Part shown: in pieces, positions 52,540 through 64,000 of the stretch
How positions within the stretch are numbered: position 1 is the first letter of the stretch
How the letters are laid out: each line of letters starts with the position of its first letter
Assembly: GCF_030028105.1 (NCBI RefSeq)
Contig: NC_092384.1
Coordinates: 29,756,546 to 29,820,545 of the forward strand
DNA: 64,000 bases
Direction of reading: 5' to 3'
From: Mobula birostris
Lineage: Eukaryota
Program-made: the position numbers and the translations under genes
The notes under the pieces: model-generated
Databases searched by the model: none
Told to the model about the DNA's origin: nothing
Seen by the model: the letters and a program-made list of their open reading frames with translations, nothing else

Positions 52540-54330
52540 CGCTTCAAGCATTAGGGGGTCGAGTTGTTAGTTGGTCCCGTTATCTTGCTTATCCTCACCT
52601 CTCCCTCCAACCCGTTCTCGGAGTAACTCCCGCGACTTCCTACTCTACCGGCACCGGGTTGTGATGAACTTTCCACCGACTCACGGCGTGGGTGGCTTGC
52701 CTTTTGGGGCAAGGCTCAAATTACCTTAGCATAGCAGAAGCAGATTAGCAGCAAAGGCAGCAGGTACCCGATGATCAGGATGCCCACGCTGTAGACCTGC
52801 TGCTGGATTTTGTTGTGCCATATTCCCCAGCAGAAGGATTTGTTCGGGGCTTCCGAATATTCCGAATACAGATTCTGGTGCTGAGCCACGGGCGCTGCAA
52901 CCAGCAGCGAAAGCAGCCAAATCAGCGCCACTCCCGCCGAGGCGTTCCTCCTGTTCCGGATGCGCGGCCGTCGCTTGCAGTGGACCACAGCGATGTACCT
53001 GTCCACCGACATGGCCACCATGGTGAAGATGCTCACCAGCATTGTCGCCGTCTTAAAATAGTGCACCGTCTTGCAAAGGAAGGCGCCAAATACCCACTCG
53101 GGGAGCGAGTAAATCGTGGCTTCGAAGGGCACACAGAACACCAGGAAGGAGAGGCTGGCAACACTGAGATTCAGGATGAAGGTGTTGGTTGTACTCTCCG
53201 AACTCCTCGATTTGGTCCGTCCCAGGACGACCAACACTAGGGTGTTCCCAACAACGCCGAGAAAGAATATCAAGCCAAAGACAATGGGCACTACCACCGC
53301 CTCTGCTCCGACCTGGAAGGTATCCGAGCTGGCGTTTCCCCGGGAAACGTTGTTGCTGCTGGAGAACATGTTGTCCGTATCCATCCAGAGTGCAGAAAGG
53401 TGCGGCTTCGCCGTCTGGTCCCTGCCGTTACTCCGGTCGGGAGGCGCAGCTGGGTGGAATCACTGAATAACCAGACCGCGGCATAGTCGCAGCGAGTGAC
53501 TGCTGCTCCCGACCCTGGGGCAGGAAGCGCAAGTGGAACTGACTCGCTGCCTCAGCCAGTATCTCCACCTCAGTCCTTCCCATCTCACCTTAACGACGCA
53601 TAGCTGACAGCTACTGCCCAGCTCTGGTGATAAAACAGTCACTCTTCTATTCAGAACTGGAAGACAAATGTACACCCATTCTCCAGATATTAGCCAGCCC
53701 AATTACTTCCCCTCCCCTCCTTTGGAGTTCGGTGTTCCTCTGCAAACACAGATTAACCGCGATTACCTGTCAGAATCTGATTTTAAGAGCACTGGACGCG
53801 TGAAAACAAATTGTCAGCAATTTATAATTAAACCAAAGTGCCGGCGTAATTATTAGTACCCGTAGTCAATTAAGGCTATGTAATCACGAAGAGGATTCCC
53901 GTACAGTCCTTTTCTTGACCGGTACGTATACAATATTCGCAGATCGCTCTCTCGCTGAAACAGTTTCTGTTCGTGAGAGGGTCGCGCCCTGTCAAATCCT
54001 TCCTGTACAGTCAGAAACTCATTCTGACTGCCCTCCTCATTGCAAGGAGGACCCGGGGATGGATGCAAAGTTAAGATTCAACCCGAGAACCAAGACGATT
54101 CTCTAATGTCCTGGCTGATCCCAAGAACATTCACGGAGAAGGACAGACAGTGTTGCTGCAATACCATCGGCTCTTCGGTTTACCCGGAACTCGCTGCTCC
54201 TGCAGTACAAGGAGATGTCGGTAAGGAGATGCCGAAGACTGGCCCACTCTGATGTGCAGGACTGGGTGCTGAGGCTTGGCGTTGGTGACGCGAAGAGTCT
54301 GTGGGGAAGGACTGCAGTCCTAGACATCGC
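52540..54330. promoter_or_regulatory. CpG island over the GALR1b-like promoter and exon 1
   Basis: Marked CpG enrichment relative to AT-rich flanks; limits approximate. Confidence 0.7.
52725..53384 (-). CDS. galr1b: GALR1b-like coding exon 1 (N-terminus to TM5, 220 codons)
   Basis: N-glycosylation sequons, FGLIF.LGV.GN, STTN.FILNLS, MSVDRY, GYLLPLLLICFCYAK|GTAATT. Confidence 0.93.
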
Positions 54331-54419
54331 ATGGTTGGGTCCCATGTGGAAGTCTATCAAAAAACTGTTTCTCACCCATTGAGGCCACACATGTGGCAAT
54401 GGTGCCGTGTAAATAAAAA

Positions 54420-54950
54420 TGTGTTAACACTCCTAACGACACCAAAGGCTCCAGCAATTTTTTTTTACAGATGTACCGTGGGAGAACACACTGTGACTCG
54501 TGGCATCACCTGGTACTATAGAGACCCCAATGCACAGGCTCAGAGAAAGCTGCGGAGGATTCGAGACTCAGTTAGCCTCATCGTGATCACTACCCTTCCC
54601 ACCAATGAGGATACCTTCAACAGGCGATGCCTCAAAAGGGCGGCATCCATCATTAAGGACCCTCACCATCCAGGACCTGTCCTCTTCTCATCACTAACCT
54701 CAGGGAGGAGGTACAGGAGCCTTAAGGATGCACTCTCACTCTTTTAGGAACAGATTCTTCCCTTCTGCTATCATAGTCCCGTGAGGACTATCTCACTATT
54801 TTACTCCCTGTGGCACTATGTATGTATTTGTTTGTTTCTTTTTATTTCTTCATGTAACCTATAATAATTTTTATGTATTACCCCATACCGCTGCTGCAAA
54901 ACAACAAATTTCATGACATATGCCAGTAATAGTAAACTGGTGCTGAATGT
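54420..54950 (+). mobile_element. Rex1/Babar 3' fragment
   Basis: FFYRCTV...RCLKRAASIIKDPHHPG..LFS.L.SGRRYRSL. Confidence 0.8.
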
Positions 54951-55069
54951 ATTGAACAAATGACATTGTGAATGTATAGACACTCCAAAGGTAAAATGCC
55001 ATGCTCTGTCTCTTCTTTTGTACATATATATATTTTCATGAAAAATGTTTGTTTTGAAATGAAAAGTTA

Positions 55070-55800
55070 GACCATACAACCATTAGATATAGGAGTAGAA
55101 TGAGGCCATTTGGCCCATCGAGTGTGCTCCACCATTTCATCATGGCTGATCCATTTTGCCTCTCAGCCCCGGTCTCCTGCCTTCTCCCCATAGCCTTTCA
55201 TGCCCTGACAAATCAATAATCTATTAAACTCTGCCTTGAATATACCCAATGACTTGGCTTCCATAGATGCCTGTGGAAATGAATTCCACAGACCCACCGC
55301 TCTCTGGCTAAATAAATTCCTCTTCATCTCCATTCAAAAAGGACACCCCTCTCTCTGAGGCTGTGTTCTCTGGTCTTAGACTCCCCCACCACAGGAAACA
55401 CCTTTTCCACATCCACTGAATTCAGGCCTTTCAACATTCGATAGACTTCAATGAGGTCACCCCTCATTCTTCTGAATTCTACTAAGTAGAGACCCAGAGC
55501 CATCAAACACATCATATGAGAAAACTCAATCCTGGAATCACTTTTGTGAACCTTCTTTGAACCCTCTCCAATGTCAGCACATCGGGGGCCCAAAACTTCT
55601 CAAAACTCCAAGTGAGACCTCAGCAGTGTTTTATAAAGCCTCAACATAACATTTTTGCTTTTATATCCTGGTCCTCTTGAAATGAATGCTAACACCCCAT
55701 TTGCCTTCCTCACCACTGACTCAGCCTGCAATTTAACCTTTAGAGGATCTTGCACAAGGATTCCCAAGTCCCTTTGCACCTCAGATTTTTGAAGTTTCTG
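55070..55800 (-). mobile_element. CR1 LINE 3' fragment
   Basis: EFRRMRGDLIEVYRMLKGL; CR1 tail. Confidence 0.8.
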
Positions 55801-57356
55801 AAATATGAACTGTTAAACATGATTTATATAACACCAACATTCATAATGGAAAGGAAATGGACTGTAAGTTGCTGGTAGCTCTTTAATTTAACATGCCCCA
55901 GTCACTTTAAAATTGCAAATTGAACATATGTCCTGTGAGAGTCCTGGGGAGATGTGAGAAACCAGGCCAATTGTCAGTAATCTGCCATTACTTTTAATTT
56001 CCCAGGAGAGGAGACTGGTACATCAAAACAAACATGGACCTGGGCTTGGGGTACAAACAACACTTCGGTGATAACTGGTCTATGGCTCAGCAATCATTCT
56101 AACAAATGCCTACCGCTCATTTCAGATTACACTTCCAAGAAAGAAATTATAAATTTCAGAGTAAGGATACCCCTACAGTCAAATGCTTCTGTATTGCCAC
56201 TACCATTAACTTATCCCAGCAACATCATATATGTATTCCTAAATAAACGTTGAGAAACAGATATTATCATGTACAAGTCTCACAGCAAAACATTACATCA
56301 TTGAACTTTGTCTGTAATGTTGACTCAAGTCATACAAAAACTTTTTTTTTCATTTGATTAAGGATTCACTATCTATCTTTGTGTATCTTAGATCCTATGC
56401 ACTTTCTTCAGTGCTGAACGTATATTTACAAAGAATGCTGCTTTAAGTGGTGCAAGTGATATGGTCTCTGTGTGATTTCACAATTAGGCAGATTAAGAGG
56501 GATTTATACAGGCGGTTAGTCACGTATCCATCTAATAACTCTGTCAGTGAAAGCTCCTTGAGAAAGATGGCCATTAGATCCACTCAGATTTCACCAAAAC
56601 ATCTATTTTTTTGTATTCCATTAGTTCAAAACTCACGTTCACTCTGCTTACAGTCCATTTCAAATGCTGATCACTAAATGCATGAAGACTTTCCAAATGT
56701 CACTCCTGAAATGATTGTGTCCGGTTTTAATCCTGTGCTGCCTTGTCTCCCTCTCACACTTTAATGCAAAGTGTTCCAAATAAGCATTTTTCACCCAGTC
56801 TTCCAAGTTTCATGCATGGGTGTGGAAGGGAGGGGTTTGGGGTCCAATTGCTAAATTGCTGAGCCACTAATCCTAAATTCTGGGCTAAAAGGTGCAGAAT
56901 TCAGGTTTGAATATGACTTCTGTGTGGTTTATATTCAGCTAATAATCTGCCGGGGGTGGGGAGGAGGTGGGGCATGAACTAGCCTGTATTATGATGGCCA
57001 CAAAAACCATAGCAAACTCACCGATGTCATTCAGGCAGGGAAGTAAATCTGCTGTCCTTACTTGCTGTAGCTTATGTAACCCCAGGCTTGTCACGTGCAG
57101 TTGATACTAGGATGCCCTAATAAGCCATTTAATTCTCAAGGGGCAATTCAGGGGGAAAAAAGCAGTACACAGGTAAATGCTGAAATTAGCAGCAAGGACC
57201 ATCTTCTAAAAAATAAATATGTTAAAAAAATCCAAGCAAGTGGCTGTGTCTGCCTCACGCTTTAGATTACATTTTCAGGAAAGGAGTTATCAACTTCAGA
57301 CCATGATAAATGGATACTAATAGTTACATTGCAACAATTGATATCTTAGCATGTCT

Positions 57357-58464
57357 CTTCTTCTTCATGTGCCTTGCGCGTTACATGCTTGGACGATCAT
57401 GGCTCTCCACATCGAACGATCCCTCGCAGTGTCAATGATATCTCGCATGCTTAGATCTGTTATCTCTTTCACATTGTCCATATATTTTCATCTTTGCCTT
57501 CTTCTTCTGTATTTCCCAGGCATACGGCCTTGTAACGTAAGGCATTCTATTTCTCCCTTTCTGATGACATGGCCCAGGAATTTAAGTTTCCTCTCATTTA
57601 ATGTTCTCATTAAAGATCTTTTAGTATGGCCATGTTGGAGTACCATCTCATTAATTGCCCTATCTCTATATGATATTTTCAGCATTCTTTTAAGAAACCA
57701 CATTTCTGTTGCTTCTAAGTTTCCTTGGAGATCTGGTGTTATAGTCCATGTTTCGGAAGCATACAGCAAGATTGACCAGATGTAACATTTTAGTAGCCTA
57801 AGCCTTGTTGTCATAGAAATGTGCCTGTTGGTAAAAATGGGTTTCATTTTTTGGAAGTTGGTTTTGGCAACGGCAATTATTCTTTTTTATTTCTACTTTA
57901 CTTCAAGCATCTTGTGATATAAAGCTACCAAGGTAATTAAAGCTGAAGGTTTTCTTAATTTCTTAATTCCAGTAATTTTCTTGTGCATTTCTTTACTGTT
58001 GTTAACATGGCCTTCTACTTCATTGCATTTTTGGGTCGGCCATTCTTCCTTTGCAATATTGCACAATTGTCTGGTCTGTCTGTCTAGCTCTCTGTATTGC
58101 ACTTCATTATTCTTCACTAACCTTCTTTGTTCCATCAGATCTAGAATTTCTTTGGTTATCCACCCCTTGCTGGTGTGTTGGATTTCTTGTACTTGGATTA
58201 TCTCCTCGGCTGATTGCTGTATAGCATATTTAAATCTGACCCAAACAGGTGTTGTTTCGTTTTCGTTGAGGTGTTCATCTACAGCTGTCTTGAATTGTTG
58301 CTGAAGTATGCTATCACTTTTAAGTTCTCCGAGCAGACACTTCTTTCCCTTTTTTCCCACGTTTCAGTTTAATTTTGTTTAAATGATAGCTATTACTGGA
58401 CGGTGATCTGAACCACAGTCTGCTCCTGGGTAGGCTTTAGAATCTGTGATATTATTTCTATATT
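57357..58464 (-). mobile_element. RTE-clade LINE with internal deletion of the RT core
   Basis: LLYASETWT, FLGHVIRK at the 3' end; EN end (YPGADCGSDH) at about 58.4 kb; (GAA)n tail; candidate TSD ATGTCT at 57351-57356 and 58465-58470. Confidence 0.8.
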
Positions 58465-58934
58465 ATGTCTTGGGTGGGAGAAACTATATAATTGCTATTG
58501 GCATTTCCTGATATTTAGTCAGGACCAACCACCCCATACACCCCAATATTAGCATGTAATACAGAATAAACAAAGCAACTCAGCTCCCCAAGCCAACACT
58601 CCCACTGGTCAAACAATACTTTAAGCATGGAGTATCATGGGTTCAGGCGTATCATGCGTACGATAGTGGTTATGGTACTAAACCCACACCTTTGATCTAC
58701 AGCATGAATTCAAACCCGCTATAACCTTAAGCAGAGGTTAAATATAAACAATTAAATTGGATTTTTAAAAAGATATCCAGCCAACATAATAGTAGCTATG
58801 AAACTATTGGATTGTTGTAAAAATTTTATTTGGTTCACCATTGTCCTTCTGAGAAGGAAATCTATTGTTTTTGCTCGCTCTGATGAAATGGGAGTACAGA
58901 CCCATCTATGTGCTTGGTTCTCATTTGTCCTTCA

Positions 58935-59712
58935 CTTCAGGGGTAAATAGGTCAAATATGATGGCAGAATATAGTATTAATGGTAAGACTCCTGGCAGTG
59001 TGGAGGATCAGAGGGATCTTGGGGTGTGAGTCCATAGGACACTCAAAGCTGCTGCGCAGGTTGACTCTATGGTTAAGAAGGCGCACGATGCAAACGGCCT
59101 TCATCAACCATGGGATTGAGTTTAAGAGCCGAGAGGTAATGTTACAGCTAGATGGGATCCTGGTGAGGCCCCACTTGGAGTACTGTGCTCAGTTCTGGTC
59201 ACCACATTACAGGAAGGATGTTGAAACTATAGAAAGGGAGTAGAGGAGATTTACAAGGATATTGCCTGGATTGGGGAGCATGCCTTATCAGAATAGGTTG
59301 AGTGAACTCGGCCTTTTCTCCTTGGAGTGGCGGAGGATGAGAGGTGACCGGATAGAGGTGCATAAGATGACGAGAATCATTGATCATGTGGATAGTCAGA
59401 GGCTTTTCCCCAGGGCTGAAATGGTTGCCACAAGAGGGCACAGTTTTAAGGTTCTTGAAGTAGGTACAGAGGAGATATCAGGGGTAAGTTTTTTTACGCA
59501 GAGAGTGGTGAGTGTGTGGAATGGGCATGTGGCGACGGTGGTGGAGGTGGATACGATAGGGTCTTTTAAGAGACTCCTGGATAGGTACATGGAGCTTAGA
59601 AAAATAGAGGGCTATGGGTAACCCTAGATAATTTCTAAGTAAGTACATGTTCGGCACAGCTTTGTGGGTTGAAGGGCCTGTATTGTGCTGTAAGTTTTCT
59701 GTGCTTCTCTGT
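58935..59712 (+). mobile_element. CR1 LINE 3' fragment
   Basis: LVRPHLEYCAQFWSPHYRKDV, LGLFSLE, TRGHSFKV. Confidence 0.85.
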
Positions 59713-60035
59713 AAATAGAGATGAATATTAAATGTCAGTATTGTCGGTGATGGATACTGTTGTGAACAAATAATTAAAATATCCTCCAAAAGTCTTAGAC
59801 TTTAATAGATACTTAAATTGAGACACCACACACGTTGTATATTTATGTGCATGGTCAAGCTGTAAACTAGAGGTTGCAAGTTTAAAGCTCACCAGTACAG
59901 TTATCATTCAGAATTCACTAAATTTATTCAATCACACAGGAACACAATAATGAATATTTCCAATCTGTTGTAGAGAAGCAAAACTCCTCACTGACAAGTG
60001 ACAGGGAAGAAGCTCCAAAGACCTCATCTCTGGAA

Positions 60036-63017
60036 AGACATAAGATATAAGACCATAGGACCATAAGATGTAGGATCAGAAGTAGGCCATTCGGCCCATC
60101 GAGTCTGCTCTGCCATTCAATCATGGGCTGATCCTATTCTTTCAGTCATCCCCACTCCCCTGCCTTCTTCCCATACCTTTTGATGCCCTGGCTAATCAAG
60201 AACCTATCTATCTCTGCATTAAATGCACCCAAAGACCTAGCTTCCACAGCTACTCATGGCAATAAATTCCACAGATTTACCACCCTCTGACTAAAGTAAT
60301 TTTTCTGCATCTCTGTTCTAAATGGACGTCCTTCAATCCTGAAGTCGTACCCTCTTGTCCTAGAATCCCCTACCATGGGAAATAACTTTGCCATATCTAA
60401 TCTGTTCAGGTCTTTTAATATTCAGAATATTTCAATGAGATCTCCCCTCATTCTCCTGAACTTCAGGGAATACAGCCTAAGAACTGTCAGACAATCTGCA
60501 TACAGTAACCCTTTCACTCCTGGAATCATTCTCGTGAATCTTCTCTGAACCCTCTCCAATGTCAGTATATCTTTTTTAAAATGAGCCCAAAACTGCACAC
60601 AATACTCCAAGTGTGGTCTCATGAGTGCCTTATAGACCCTCAACATCACATCTCTGCTCTTATATTCTATACCTCCAGAAATGAATGACAACATTGCATT
60701 TGCCTTCTGCACCACCAACTCAACCTTTAGGGTATTCTACTCAACAACTCCCAAGTCCCTTTGCATCTCTGCATTTCGAATTCTCTCCCCAGCTAAATGA
60801 TAGCCACAAATCCATTAATCCCATAGTCCAATTCATTGATATACATCATAAAAAGCAGCGGTCCCAAGACCAACCCCTGTGGAACTCCACTGGTAACCAG
60901 CAGCCAGCCAGAGTAGGATCCCTTTATTCCCACTGTATGTTTTCTGCCAATCAGCCAATGCTCCACCCATGCTAGTAACTTCCCTGTAATTCCATGGGCT
61001 CTTATCTTGCTACCAGCCTCATGTGCAGCACCTTGTCAAAAGCATTCTGAAAATCCAAGTACACCACAGCTACTGCATCTCCTTTGTCTACCCTACTTAT
61101 AATTTCCCCCAAAAATTGCAGTAGGTTAGTCAGGCAAGATTTTCCTTTCAGAAACCATGCTGGCTTTGGCCTATCTTGTCATGTGCCTCCAGGTACTTTG
61201 TAATTTCATCCATAACAATCAATTCCAACAACCACCCAACCACTGATGTCAGGCTAACAGGTCTATAGTTTCCTTTTTGCTGCCTCCCACCCTTCTTAAA
61301 TAGTGGAGTAACATTTGCAATTTTCCAGTCATCTGGTACAATGCCAGAATCTATCGATTCTTGAAAGATCATTGTTAATGCCTCCACAATCTCTCCAGCT
61401 ACTTCCTTCAGAACCCAAGGGTGCATTCCATCAGGTCCCGGAGATTTATTCACCCTCAGACCACTAAGCTTACTGAGCACCTTCTCAGTTGTAATTTTCA
61501 CAGCACATCCTTCAGTTCCCTGACACTCTTGAATGTGCGGTATACTTCAGATGTCTTCCACTGTGAAGACTGATGCAAAAGATGCATTCAGTTCTTTTGC
61601 CATCTCTGTGTCTTTCATTACAATATCTCCTGCATCACTTTCTATTGTCCTATATTTACCCTCAACTCTCTTTTACCCTTTATGTACTTAAAAAAGCTTT
61701 TAGTATCTTCTTTGATATTAGTTGTCAGCTTCCTTTCATAATTCTTCTTTTTCTTCCTAATGACTTTCTTAGTTTCCTTCTGCAAGTTTTTAAAAGCTTC
61801 CCAGTCATCTATCTTTCCACTAGCTTTGGCTTCGCTTCCTTGTATGCCCTCTCTTTTGCTTTTACTTTGGCTCTGACTTCACTTATCAGCCATGGGTAGT
61901 ATCCTTCTTCCATTTGAAAATTTCTTCTTATCTGGAATATACTGTATCTGTTTGCACTTCCCTCATTTTTCACAGAAATTCCAGACACTGCTGCTCTGCT
62001 GTCCTTCCTGCTAGTGTCCCTTTCCAGTCGACTTTGGCCAGTTCCCCTCTCATGTTATTGTAATTTCCTTTATTCCCTTGAAATACCGACACCTTGGAAT
62101 TTAGTTTCTCCTTCTCAAATTTCAGAGTGAACTCGATTATATTGTCAACACTGTTCCCTAAGGATTCCTTAACCTTAAGCTCTCTTATCACCTCCAGATC
62201 ATTGCACAACACTTAATCCATCACAGCCAATCCCCTAGTGGGCTCAACAACAAGCTGTTCTGAAAAGCCATCCCTTAGACATTCTACAAATTCTCTCTCT
62301 TGAGGTCCAGTACTGGTTTCACAATCCATTTTCATGTTAAAATCCCCAACAACTTTGCCCTTTTGACATGCCTTTTCTATCTCCTGCTGTAATTTGTAGT
62401 TCACATCCCAGTTGCTGTTTGGTGGCCTGTATACAACCGCCATTAGAGTCCTTTTACCCTTGCCATTTCTTAACTCAACCCACAGAGACTCCACACCTTC
62501 CAATCCTATGTTATTCCTTTCTAATGATTTAATATTATTTCCTATACACAGGGTCAACACCACCCCCTCTGCCTACTAACCTATCTTTCTGATACACTGT
62601 ATATCCTTGGACGTTCCACTCCCAATGGCAGCCATCCTTTAGCCAAGTGTCAGAGATGGCCACAATCTGTAGCAGAATTTCAAGTTGGTCCATTTTATTT
62701 CTTATGCTGTGTGCATTCAAATATAACACTTTCAGTCCAGTATTTGTTGCTTTCTGTTGTAACTACACCATGTCTTTATTGCCCTGCAAATCATCCCACT
62801 GGCTGTGATTATACCTCATCTCCTGCCTGTCCTTTCTGTTGCACGCTATCTTTGATTTATTTCTGTTTCCCCCTTCCTCAGCCCTATCAATCTGGTTCCC
62901 ATCGCCCTGCCAAATAGTTTAAACCCTCCCTAACAGCTCTATTAAACCTGCCTGCTAGGATATTGGACCCCTTTGGGTTCAGATGTAACCCATCCTTTTT
63001 GTACATGTTGTACCTCC
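60036..63017 (-). mobile_element. Long degenerate CR1 LINE (ORF1 end, EN, RT, 3' tail)
   Basis: YLNAHSIRNK, VYRPPN, GDFN, KSPGPDGMHP, NYRPVSLTS, PHLEYCVQFW; ORF1 DGLHLNP at about 62.98 kb. Confidence 0.88.
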
Positions 63018-63743
63018 CAGGGGCTTATCTATGGAAAATAGCGCCTATGGCAAGCACTGAAAGTGCACTCCTGTCCAATCATCTGACACCCATCTTTTGG
63101 ATAACTTTACCATAATATCAGCTCAAAAATACAAGTCAAGCTCGTTAATCTTTTAATTAACAAATTATGGCACTACATGAAAATTATAACTGCACCTTCC
63201 CTGCTTTCACTGATGCAAATTGGTCTATGATGAGATCAAAGTTAATTTTTTCAGTTTCTTCTCTTTCTACACTCAGCAGAGCAAGATCACAGAGTCTGCC
63301 TTGACCCATGGAGGCTCCCAAATATGAAAATATTAGTTTTAACTTGCTGAATGACCTCTCTCAGCTGGCGATGGAAACTGCGATGGTTAACATGATCTGA
63401 ATAGCAATGCAAAGATTGGGGAAGACGCTCTCATCTCCATACTGAACAATAAATTCAAGGAGCTCTTCAGGTGTAGATATTTTCATGTTGATCCGCCTTG
63501 ATAGCAACATTCTGCAATCCAAAATTTCTTCATATAGCTGCTGTCCATCGACATCAGAACTGTACAATTCGCCCAAATTTTCACACTTCTTTAGGTCATT
63601 ACTGTCGGCGCCGTAACACAGTCCCTTGACATCGAGAAGGAACCCAAACTTGGCTTCAGCGTCGTGCAAATGAGCGAACCTTTTGTCCATTTCTCTGTGA
63701 AGACAGTTGAGTGTTCCCTTCATGACTCTTTCCATTTCCTCCT
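63018..63743 (-). mobile_element. hAT DNA transposon, 3' part with transposase C-terminal dimerisation domain (pseudogenised)
   Basis: FPNLCIAIQIMLTIAVSIAS*ERSFSKLKLI..YL..SMGQGRL.DLALLSVE; terminus CAGGGGC at 63018. Confidence 0.85.
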
Positions 63744-64000
63744 TACTTTACACTTATACTTTATACAAACGTTTGTACTTTATTGTCGCCAAACAATTGG
63801 TACTACAACGTTCAATCATCACAGCGATATTTGATTCTGCGCTTCCTGCTCCCTGGATTACAAATATTAAATATTAAAAATAGTAAAAATTAGTAAATAG
63901 TAAAAATTTAAATTATAAATCATAAGTAGAAAATAGAAAAATGGAAAGTGAGGTAGTGCAAAAAAAACCGAGAGGCAGGTCGGGATATTTCGAGGATACA
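63744..64000 (-). mobile_element. Rex1/Babar 3'UTR and tail (same family as 1-1295); continues beyond the window
   Basis: Reverse complement closely matches about 1055-1295. Confidence 0.85.

Noticed and set aside
52815-53470. Plus-strand ORFs overlapping GALR exon 1
   Set aside because: Antisense shadows of a GC-rich coding exon.

Overview
Eukaryotic, repeat-dense vertebrate DNA. The mix of CR1, Rex1/Babar, RTE, Nimb, Penelope and V-SINE repeats suggests a cartilaginous fish (shark or ray); this is an inference. Two host genes are supported. (1) An intronless mitochondrial DEAD-box helicase, DDX28 (+, 10974-12626), in a CpG island that is probably bidirectional, with DUS2 expected on the - strand. 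(2) A three-exon galanin receptor type 1-like GPCR (GALR1b-like; -; exons 53384-52725, 51900-51835 and 23873-23556; 347 aa) with a 28-kb second intron full of nested transposons. The main discovery lies in that intron: a structurally complete Gypsy-type LTR element (200-bp LTRs, 5-bp TSD, tRNA-Leu PBS, PPT) whose RT/RNaseH/integrase core is replaced by two host coiled-coil fragments, RABEP1-like then SH3KBP1/CIN85-like, in frame with the element's protease. A non-autonomous Nimb-type LINE nearby also has most of ORF2 replaced by unassigned coiled-coil-like sequence. The receptor has an intact frame but clustered substitutions in the Na+ pocket (D2.50S, N7.45Y) and the ligand pocket (Q2.61E, K at 3.32, H6.51D). 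Gene and family assignments come from recalled sequences, not database searches.
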